The position numbers and the translations under genes were made by a program. A model generated the notes under the pieces. That model worked only from the letters and a program-made list of their open reading frames with translations, was not told the origin of the DNA and did not search any database. A stretch of DNA of 64,000 nucleotides from an uncultured virus (IMG/VR IMGVR_UViG_3300028678_000003) (Duplodnaviria > Heunggongvirae > Uroviricota > Caudoviricetes), in IMG/VR virus record IMGVR_UViG_3300028678_000003; one strand, written 5' to 3'. Shown here piece by piece: positions 37,543 to 45,134 of this stretch (position 1 is the first letter of the stretch; each line of letters begins with the position of its first letter).

Positions 37543-38523
37543 TTATCTGCGTTTTATTCTATATGATACTGAACCTGAATATTCGTTATCTTCGTAATCA
37601 TCCCAATCGCCGTCCGATTTTCCTTTCTTCATCAAATCAGAAAAACTTGTAAACCCTCCTCCGAATGGATTCCACACAGAGGTTGTGTCTACCCAAAATC
37701 CTTTTGGCGGAGAAATTAAAGCTTTTGCGGCTGCCTTGCGAGTTGCATCCGCTACAGTTCCTCTTTTTGAATCATAAGACACGCCCAAGGCAACTATACC
37801 CTTGCCTACTTTCTCAGTATAAAATTGATAATTGTTATCGTTTTGTTTACTGTAGTGGTCATTTATGAGTTTTAATTCTTCTTTGGTAAATGGGTCGTCT
37901 GATTTAGGTTTATCGGCTTCTTTTGTTGGTTGCTTCTTGATAACGTCCGTATCCGTTTTTGGGGTTGGTTTTGTTGTAGTGCGATGCGATAATATCTCGG
38001 CTTCCCGCTTTTTCATTGATTCATATTTTTTAGCGGCAACTGGGTTTTTGGTTGCAAAGTCAGGAGCATTGACAGGATATTTTTTTCTATAATTAGCTAT
38101 GTCAACTCTCAACCCTGTATATTCAATTTCTTCTTTATCCGAAGCTTGAGCTGGCTTGCCTCCGATAGCCTTATCATGATATTGTTTTGAAGACGGGTCG
38201 TCTCCGTTTCTATCATCGCTGTCGTCTTGTTTCCCCGCTGAGTGTGTCTTGTTATCAGGCATATGAACATAAGGTTTGTTTGGGTCTGCATTAGCAGCGG
38301 GTTTTGAACCCGTCTTAGCTGCATTTCGCCAATCGTACTTACCTGATGGAAGTTGAGTCCAAACCCATTTACCGTTGGGGTGAGCGTCTCCCACATTATG
38401 ACCTTTTTCAATGTCGGTTTCTTCAGCCTTTTCGATGCGGTCTGAACTTGAAACCACGAACCCCTTCAAGATATTCATCTTGCGGTCGTTTTGCGCCCTT
38501 CTAATGTCGTCGTTTATGCTCAT
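37543..38523 (-). CDS. Putative internal head cargo protein with leader and YDWR module
   Basis: MSINDDIRRAQNDRKMNILKGF...IEKGHNVGDAHPNGKWVWTQLPSGKYDWR. Confidence 0.55.
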   Translation of the reverse strand: MSINDDIRRAQNDRKMNILKGFVVSSSDRIEKAEETDIEKGHNVGDAHPNGKWVWTQLPSGKYDWRNAAKTGSKPAANADPNKPYVHMPDNKTHSAGKQDDSDDRNGDDPSSKQYHDKAIGGKPAQASDKEEIEYTGLRVDIANYRKKYPVNAPDFATKNPVAAKKYESMKKREAEILSHRTTTKPTPKTDTDVIKKQPTKEADKPKSDDPFTKEELKLINDHYSKQNDNNYQFYTEKVGKGIVALGVSYDSKRGTVADATRKAAAKALISPPKGFWVDTTSVWNPFGGGFTSFSDLMKKGKSDGDWDDYEDNEYSGSVSYRIKRR

Positions 38524-38525
38524 AA

Positions 38526-39506
38526 TTATTTTAATAACATACCGTAAAATTGTTCTAATGTGAATGCCTTATTATAGTTGTAGTTTTCTTTTTGGTTATT
38601 CACATCATCCAACATATTTTCTAACAAGCTTTTCCCATTCTTCGTTTGATAGTCAGTATTGTTGTAGACTGAAAGGTTCAACCATGTCATTTTCAAATTG
38701 AATAACACCTGTCCTAAAACTACCTTTTCGTCTAACTTAGCATATTCAGAGAACCGCCCCGCTAACCATTGTGACATTTTTATCAGGTCTGGATTGTCAT
38801 GTACAAATTGAGGATATGGCTTGATTGATGTTACGAATTTTTCAAACGCCTTCTTGCCGAACCCCTTCAAAAGTTTAGGTATATTGTCGGAAGTGTCTCC
38901 CAATATCACCTTACCTAACAGAACCTGTATTGGGTCAATTTCGTTGACAGGTAAATTCATTTCAAAGTACCGCTCCCATTTATTCATATTTTCCGGAAGG
39001 CACGTCATCATTAACCGATTGGAAGCGTTGCAAAAGCAAGATACATTTTTAGTGCACATTTGAGTTATATCTGAATCGCCTGTAACGATTACCAATTCTT
39101 CGTCCAATATGTAACCGAAGTACAAACTCCAAACATAGAGAAGGTCATCACCTTCGGCTCCCCAAACTCGGCTCACGATTAACCCCTTCTTGCGAAGTAA
39201 CGCTTCGAACTCATCCAACACTTGCAGAAACAACTTATAGAAGTCGTCGCGCACCTTTGTCAGAGCGTACTTATAATCGTCATATAAGGAATAACGCCAA
39301 CTTGAGCTGTCAATTACGAACGCAACGCGGTCAATGTCCTTAAATCGGTTGAGAGTAAAGCACATATCGATTACGCACTTTCGCAATAAAACTTGTTGGT
39401 TTTCTTTAACAGATAAAACCGAGGACATATCTTGCCCTCGGTAATAAGTTGTAAATACGTTATAAACTTTGTGAAAAAGGAAATTTCCGTCAAATAGTAT
39501 ATTCAT
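38526..39506 (-). CDS. 5'-3' exonuclease / flap endonuclease (T4 RNase H, T5 exonuclease-like)
   Basis: FDGN, YK..., EGDD, TGDSD and GDTSDNIP motifs. Confidence 0.85.
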   Translation of the reverse strand: MNILFDGNFLFHKVYNVFTTYYRGQDMSSVLSVKENQQVLLRKCVIDMCFTLNRFKDIDRVAFVIDSSSWRYSLYDDYKYALTKVRDDFYKLFLQVLDEFEALLRKKGLIVSRVWGAEGDDLLYVWSLYFGYILDEELVIVTGDSDITQMCTKNVSCFCNASNRLMMTCLPENMNKWERYFEMNLPVNEIDPIQVLLGKVILGDTSDNIPKLLKGFGKKAFEKFVTSIKPYPQFVHDNPDLIKMSQWLAGRFSEYAKLDEKVVLGQVLFNLKMTWLNLSVYNNTDYQTKNGKSLLENMLDDVNNQKENYNYNKAFTLEQFYGMLLK

Positions 39507-40279
39507 TTGAGCATTTTTATTTTGTTAATTTGGTCGTCCTTTGATTCTTTAACCGCTTTATTGATACTTGTATTCTTGCCGTCTTTAACTCCGTGCATGA
39601 ATATGTTGTTAACCTTAACGTTGGTTTGACGCCCCTTATTCATTTTATATTTGGTAGCCACAAACTCATCAATCGCCGCATCATTGCGTAAAACCAGAGC
39701 CGTTACCTTACCTGCAAAAATGGCGTCTTGGGATTTATCTGCATTTGCTTCTTCTTGAAACTTGACATCAAGTCCGGAAACACAACCGCCAAGATAATGA
39801 CGTAAATAAGTGTCGAGACCGATTGGCTTAAATTTGAAATCAATTGTGTCCTGATATAATTTGTATTTCAACTTTCCTAATTCCACGAACCGTTCGCAAA
39901 GCATGGTGTGTAACCATTTCACAGTTTCCATGTTTTGAGGCAGACCCAAAATCAACATACGCCTATCTTTGCGGTCGCCGTGAATAAAACACTTACAAAA
40001 ATTCCATTTGCAACATACGTACATCAAGCGAAACTCCCAATCACCGCCTATGAATTTATACTTGTACCAAGAGTCCATGTTTTCTTCAACTCCAGCTTTT
40101 GGTTTATCCTTCAAATCGAGTTCATCGATTGACAGATTATAACTGAGTAATAAACGTTGAATGGCGGCTGCTGCGGCTGTCGCTTCGTTTTCATTACCCA
40201 CCTTGATTGCACTTTCCTGAAGCTTGATGAGCTTGCGTAATTTGTTCTGAATTTGGTCAATTTGATTTACAGTTTCCAT
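39503..40279 (-). CDS. DUF2786-like protein
   Basis: KLRKL...EA.AA...IQRLL.YNL N-terminus and C-terminal G..DG. Confidence 0.65.
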   Translation of the reverse strand: METVNQIDQIQNKLRKLIKLQESAIKVGNENEATAAAAAIQRLLLSYNLSIDELDLKDKPKAGVEENMDSWYKYKFIGGDWEFRLMYVCCKWNFCKCFIHGDRKDRRMLILGLPQNMETVKWLHTMLCERFVELGKLKYKLYQDTIDFKFKPIGLDTYLRHYLGGCVSGLDVKFQEEANADKSQDAIFAGKVTALVLRNDAAIDEFVATKYKMNKGRQTNVKVNNIFMHGVKDGKNTSINKAVKESKDDQINKIKMLK

Positions 40280-40321
40280 TTATTTGTCATTTTATGGATT
40301 AATACTATTTGGATTACGATA

Positions 40322-40393
40322 CAAAGATATCGCTTTATTTGAATACTACCTAATGTTTTATTGATTATTTTTCGCTTAGAGCCAAGATTTAAC
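40322..40393 (-). promoter_or_regulatory. Bacteroidota-type promoter, conserved element copy 1
   Basis: -7 TATCTTTG (40329-40322), TTAG 20 nt upstream, an A-tract and a GTTAAAT box. Confidence 0.7.
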
Positions 40394-41880
40394 TATTCGC
40401 ATTTAAAATCGGTTACAAATCCTAAATAATGTTTTGCCCGCGTATATGCCACATAAACCAGATTTCGTTCTTGTTCTGCCATCCAAGGAATTTTCATACA
40501 ATGTTTCAAGTACATTTTATCTTCACATATGATAAACACCTTATCAGATTCGAGCCCTTTGGATTTATGAATGGTTGACAAACATATACCGTTTTTATTG
40601 TCGTCTTTGAAAATGGTTTCAATGCGCGAAATAACTTCATTGACAGTTGTCAACCCTTGCGACAATATATCAATCACCTTTAGTTTGTCTGAATAATTCT
40701 TGTACATATCCGACTCCATAGCCTCAGCCTGAGTGCAAGATGTTTTAGCTATTACCTTGCCAATGATTCTTGATAACTCCTTGCTCAAAACGTCTTGAAC
40801 ATCGGCTATCTGTTTACGGTTTGTTTTCTTTATCATGTTGATAAGGTTAGTTCCAATATCGCGACCCTTAACGTATGCTTTTGTGCCTTCGCTGATATAC
40901 TTCATACACAAACTAACAAGCGGAGCGGTAACTCGGCAAAGAACCATATCGCCATCCTTTATATCTGCCGTTTTAGCGTCGCGGTCTACTATCCCAACGG
41001 GAGCATTATCGCGTGCTAATATCTGTGGTACTATGCCTTTTGCTAAATCTATGATTGATGAATCGCAGCGGTAACATATTGATAATGGCATTTTAGCGGT
41101 GTGCGGAGTATTTTTAAGTAGGTTGAAGCTTTCAACATCGGCTCCAGCAAAACCGTAAATTGCTTGGCGTGGGTCGCCTACCGCTATAAATCTTCCCGTT
41201 ACTGGTTTTACGCATTGCAAAAACATTTCGCGTTGAGCCGAATTAAGATCTTGGCATTCGTCAATAAATACCCAATCAAACTTTGGCATGCGTAACTGCT
41301 TTACGTTGGGGAAATAAATCATGTCGGTAAAATCTATGACGTTGGTTTCTGATTCGCCCCAGGATATAACTTGCATTGCGGCTGCGCATTCGTTATCCAC
41401 TATATCCAAATCATGTTTTTCAGCTAAATCAGCCAATTGGTATTCTGACTTACATAAGCTTGAACGACCGAGATCGGCAAGCTTGGCAATATTTGAACGA
41501 TACTGTCCTTGAGCTTCAAACGATATGGAAACATTTGGGCGAATTGCCCCGTATTTAACCGCGTTATTGATATAAGTAGTATATTTGTCGCCCTGAATTT
41601 GTGACTTGAAAGTCTTCATTATTGCCGAAGCTCCAAGGGAATGTAAGGTACGTACATCAACATTTGGCAGATTACCTACTTTTATTTTCAGTTCCTCAAC
41701 AATAGCTTTATTGAAAGCCAAGAACAACACGGATTGAGTAGATGGGATAAGTTTTAAAGCGTTTACAATTGTGGTGGATTTTCCGGAACCTGCGACTGCG
41801 TCTATGACCGCATTGCCTTTACCTACTTGAACGTATGTGTAAACGGCTTTCTGATAACGGGAGGGAGTTTGAGTTGACAT
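40393..41880 (-). CDS. UvrD/Rep-like superfamily 1 helicase
   Basis: AVAGSGKS, DECQD, VGDPRQAIYGF, TIHKSKGLE and YVAYTRA motifs. Start moved to MSTQTPS (41880), downstream of the promoter. Confidence 0.9.
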   Translation of the reverse strand: MSTQTPSRYQKAVYTYVQVGKGNAVIDAVAGSGKSTTIVNALKLIPSTQSVLFLAFNKAIVEELKIKVGNLPNVDVRTLHSLGASAIMKTFKSQIQGDKYTTYINNAVKYGAIRPNVSISFEAQGQYRSNIAKLADLGRSSLCKSEYQLADLAEKHDLDIVDNECAAAMQVISWGESETNVIDFTDMIYFPNVKQLRMPKFDWVFIDECQDLNSAQREMFLQCVKPVTGRFIAVGDPRQAIYGFAGADVESFNLLKNTPHTAKMPLSICYRCDSSIIDLAKGIVPQILARDNAPVGIVDRDAKTADIKDGDMVLCRVTAPLVSLCMKYISEGTKAYVKGRDIGTNLINMIKKTNRKQIADVQDVLSKELSRIIGKVIAKTSCTQAEAMESDMYKNYSDKLKVIDILSQGLTTVNEVISRIETIFKDDNKNGICLSTIHKSKGLESDKVFIICEDKMYLKHCMKIPWMAEQERNLVYVAYTRAKHYLGFVTDFKCE

Positions 41881-41907
41881 GACTGTTTTGTTTTTACGAT
41901 TATGGTA

Positions 41908-41979
41908 TAAAGATATCGCTTTATTTAATACGCTCAAAACTTTTTGCCAATTATTTTTGGTTGGAGCCAAAGATTTAAC
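41908..41979 (-). promoter_or_regulatory. Bacteroidota-type promoter, conserved element copy 2
   Basis: -7 TATCTTTA, -33 TTTG (19 nt spacer), an A-tract and GTTAAATCTTTGG. Confidence 0.65.
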
Positions 41980-41987
41980 GTTTGTTG

Positions 41988-42296
41988 CTAATAATTCATG
42001 ATAAGGTTGTTTTCATTGGCTAATCTCAACAAATAGTCTTCAGACATCGAGCAATAACAAAATGCAACATTTATGCCTTTAGCTTTAGCTGCTTTATGGT
42101 ATGCCTTGCTGAATGTCTTAAACCTTTTATCTTGCGCATAAAAAGCATAATCATTTACCGCTATCCAATACCAGCGAAGTGAGCCGTCGGGATAGTAGTC
42201 TTCATGCGCTATACAAATAACGCCTTCCTTGAGGCTTTCTATTTTTTGTAGAATGCTCAAAAGGAAGGCTTCTTTATTTATTTTAGTTATCGACAT
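41988..42296 (-). CDS. Hypothetical protein
   Basis: 102 aa ORF. Confidence 0.55.
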   Translation of the reverse strand: MSITKINKEAFLLSILQKIESLKEGVICIAHEDYYPDGSLRWYWIAVNDYAFYAQDKRFKTFSKAYHKAAKAKGINVAFCYCSMSEDYLLRLANENNLIMNY

Positions 42297-42793
42297 TTTC
42301 TTTCAACGCTCGCTATCGTATCATGAATTGCACCGCCGTGGGAGAATAAACATATTTTTTCCACTTCGAACCCTCTATTGACGCCGAACGTATTTGAATG
42401 ATATCCGAAAGTAATTACTTTCCCGCCCATTTTTAAAACATTCGACACTTCGTCTTTAAGTTGCCTAAATGGACTACATCTCATTCCTTTGTACATTTCC
42501 ATACTTTTGCGATAGGCATATGGCGGGTCAAGCAAAATGGTGTCAAATTTTTCTCCTTCCCATGTTCTTAAAAATTCGACCGCATCTAAATTATAATCCG
42601 CTAATGATTCAACGTCTAAATCATTCCTTATTTCGTCAATCTCTAATTTAGTTATGCCGGCAAAAAGATTTAAAGTTTTCCCTTCACAATTCTTCTCTAC
42701 CCAACTTCTTATGGGTTTAACAGAAAATGTATATCTGTGAAGAGGACATTTGATATAATCGAAATCTGGAATTTCTTGAACCGTCTTTTTCAT
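42287..42793 (-). CDS. Small amino-methyltransferase-like protein
   Basis: LNLFAG (SAM-binding) and LLDPPY (catalytic) motifs. Confidence 0.7.
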   Translation of the reverse strand: MKKTVQEIPDFDYIKCPLHRYTFSVKPIRSWVEKNCEGKTLNLFAGITKLEIDEIRNDLDVESLADYNLDAVEFLRTWEGEKFDTILLDPPYAYRKSMEMYKGMRCSPFRQLKDEVSNVLKMGGKVITFGYHSNTFGVNRGFEVEKICLFSHGGAIHDTIASVERKCR

Positions 42794-43305
42794 TATTTCG
42801 AATAATTTGCGTCGCCCTCGCTCAAATTGGGAGCACCATAACCTGAATCCCCAAACCCTTTTGCTCCACGAGCTGTTTCGTCAAGTTTTTCTACGACTAC
42901 GAAATCACCTTGTATAACTTTGTCTACAATTACCATTTGTGCTATGCGGTCACCATCATGTACGCCGTACATTATTTCACCAGAGTTGTAAATTATTACC
43001 CCAACTTCACCGCGATAATCAGCGTCAATTGTTCCTGGTGCATTTAATACCGTAATTCCATTTTTCAGAGCCAACCCGCTACGAGGGCGAATTTGAGCTT
43101 CACAGTCGTCCGGAAGTTCAAGAAATACGCCAGTACCTATCAAAGCACGTGTATGCGGAGGAATGTGAATGGTAGGTTGTCTGTCTTCAGGAGTTGTGAA
43201 ATCTGTAATGTGAGCAAATAAATCAGCCCCTGCTGAATTTTCTGTAGCGTACCAAGGAGCCTGAGCCCCCGTTGCTAATTTGATATTAATCGTTCGTTTG
43301 TTCAT
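42793..43305 (-). CDS. dut: Trimeric dUTPase
   Basis: SAGADL, RPRSGLA, GTIDADYRGE, RIAQ and RGAKGFGDSG motifs. Confidence 0.95.
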   Translation of the reverse strand: MNKRTINIKLATGAQAPWYATENSAGADLFAHITDFTTPEDRQPTIHIPPHTRALIGTGVFLELPDDCEAQIRPRSGLALKNGITVLNAPGTIDADYRGEVGVIIYNSGEIMYGVHDGDRIAQMVIVDKVIQGDFVVVEKLDETARGAKGFGDSGYGAPNLSEGDANYSK

Positions 43306-43765
43306 CTTGCTGATACGGTGCGTTTAAAATATGTATTTGTATAATTCTTACTCCTAATTTTTGGGCGATAAGGTATTCTTCTTTCACCCCGTCAATTTGA
43401 GCTCCTATGAAGAATGCCGTTCCTTTCAGTTTTGCTAAATTTTCGAGCATAGTCCAACGGTCACGCAAGATTGATTCTTCTTTTTCGCTTTCACGATACG
43501 CAACATCGCCTTCTGTTGTTCTATACCAACAAATCCTTTTGAAGGGATTTATTTGTCTTAAAAAATCCAAAACTTCGGTAGTCCAACCGCGTTGCTCTAC
43601 TACAATTCTTGGTAAGAAACAATGATGCAGAACGTCATCGGTTTCTTTAACCAAACTTTCAGTCATCAACAATATATCAAAAGCTTCCTTGATTTGCTCA
43701 AGAGTTTGCCCTTTCAATGTGAAGTGTACTGAATAGTCCTTAAATGCAATTAACCCATTTTTCAT
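43286..43765 (-). CDS. Hypothetical protein
   Basis: 159 aa ORF in the nucleotide-metabolism cluster. Confidence 0.55.
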   Translation of the reverse strand: MKNGLIAFKDYSVHFTLKGQTLEQIKEAFDILLMTESLVKETDDVLHHCFLPRIVVEQRGWTTEVLDFLRQINPFKRICWYRTTEGDVAYRESEKEESILRDRWTMLENLAKLKGTAFFIGAQIDGVKEEYLIAQKLGVRIIQIHILNAPYQQDEQTND

Positions 43766-43767
43766 AA

Positions 43768-44487
43768 CTACAATTTTTTATATTTTATTTTTAAATCCAG
43801 CCGCCCGAATTTTTCGACCACGGTGCAGTTTAATGGATAACGTTGGACCATTATTTCATTATACTCCAAGTCTTTTTTGTCTCGATAAAAATCGGAAAAA
43901 CCGCCGCTATTAGCTACCATTGTATGGTCGTATGCAAACGTGTTAAAACGCATTACAATTTTGTCGGCATAAATGTTCTTCAACGTGAAGTCCATGTCCT
44001 CTTTGCATTTCAACGTTTCGTCGTACCAAATATCGGTCTTGGAGTTTATTAATGTAATAGTCCCCACGAAACAATTAAAAGCATACGGGTTTTTTGAACT
44101 CCACACGAATTGGCGCATGCCGAGGGTCGCTATGTCGAACGATAAGTCTTGAGCCTCATATTCTAGTAACGATAGATATTCAAGAGTAGGTTTCCGGTTA
44201 GAATTATTGGTAAGGCGACTCGTAACTTGATCTAAGATATCAAACTTTATAATGTCGTCGTCAATCATCATTAACAGTTCACCGCGATACCGCCTTTTTA
44301 TGAAATTCCGGACATAAGATATCCCCATATCGTTTTTAGGCAATACGAGGATATTTTGTTTTTCATGCCCCCCTTTTAGGTATAGCTCAAAATCTTGAGG
44401 TTCTACTACTACTGTGTATTTGATACCCTGAAGCAGACTGAATGTCTTTCCGTTGGGTCTGTTCTTTGAGGGAATGTATATGTCCAT
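43768..44487 (-). CDS. GT-A glycosyltransferase (TET-associated/GREB1-C-like)
   Basis: IYIPSKNR, VVEPQD, GI..VRNFI, MIDDDI, KEDMDF and SGG motifs. Confidence 0.7.
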   Translation of the reverse strand: MDIYIPSKNRPNGKTFSLLQGIKYTVVVEPQDFELYLKGGHEKQNILVLPKNDMGISYVRNFIKRRYRGELLMMIDDDIIKFDILDQVTSRLTNNSNRKPTLEYLSLLEYEAQDLSFDIATLGMRQFVWSSKNPYAFNCFVGTITLINSKTDIWYDETLKCKEDMDFTLKNIYADKIVMRFNTFAYDHTMVANSGGFSDFYRDKKDLEYNEIMVQRYPLNCTVVEKFGRLDLKIKYKKL

Positions 44488-44518
44488 TTTGTTGTGCGAT
44501 TTTACTTAATAACGTTGT

Positions 44519-44665
44519 TTACTCTTCAACCTCTTCGACCTTAGTTTCGTCAACTTCAGTTTTTGCCTTTTCGAGCAATGAATCACTTTGTTCAAATCCG
44601 AAGCCTTTCATTATGGCTTGTTTGCGAGCTTCTTGCTCTTGTTTAATGTCTTCTCCTGCGTACAT
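44519..44665 (-). CDS. 48-aa peptide consisting mostly of the shared leader
   Basis: Own translation: MYAGEDIKQEQEARKQAIMKGFGFEQSDSLLEKAKTEVDETKVEEVEE. Below the ORF-track cutoff. Confidence 0.6.
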   Translation of the reverse strand: MYAGEDIKQEQEARKQAIMKGFGFEQSDSLLEKAKTEVDETKVEEVEE

Positions 44666-44827
44666 AATTTTATTTGTTAAGTTTATATTTTTCAGCGGCT
44701 TTATCTACCGCATATTTGAATCCTTCAATCACTGGTAATAACGTTGGGTCTATTGTCACTAATAACTTTTCTAATGCGATACGTTTTGATTTTACGCTCG
44801 CTCTATATGCCTCAAATTCTTCGTGTG

Positions 44828-45133
44828 TCATACAAAGTTTGCTTTATTTTTAGTTATAATATAATGGCTACGATTTGGACAATGTGTATTTAGGATTGAT
44901 GGCGTGAACGAATATACGTCAGAATCGTTTTTTACTAAATCCCATCCATTTTCCCACATTGGCTTTAATGACATTGATGCTATTTCACCACACCCGCATA
45001 AACATTTATGTTGCGTACAACCATGTTCAATAGATACATAAATGGTGACTTTATTCATTTCATCATGCGGCGGTAATGGTTCGTTGCCTATGGTAAATTC
45101 AAATTTAACCTCAACACTTTTTATTGTTTTCAT
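44828..45133 (-). CDS. DUF6527-like Cys/His protein
   Basis: HKCLCGCGE...W...TPSI...C..RSHY.I pattern. Confidence 0.55.
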   Translation of the reverse strand: MKTIKSVEVKFEFTIGNEPLPPHDEMNKVTIYVSIEHGCTQHKCLCGCGEIASMSLKPMWENGWDLVKNDSDVYSFTPSILNTHCPNRSHYIITKNKANFV

Positions 45134-45134
45134 T

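Noticed and set aside
41881..41970. N-terminal extension of the helicase in the ORF track (similarly 15047-15112 and 50014-50073)
   Set aside because: These extensions run through promoter or terminator elements, and downstream ATGs fit better.
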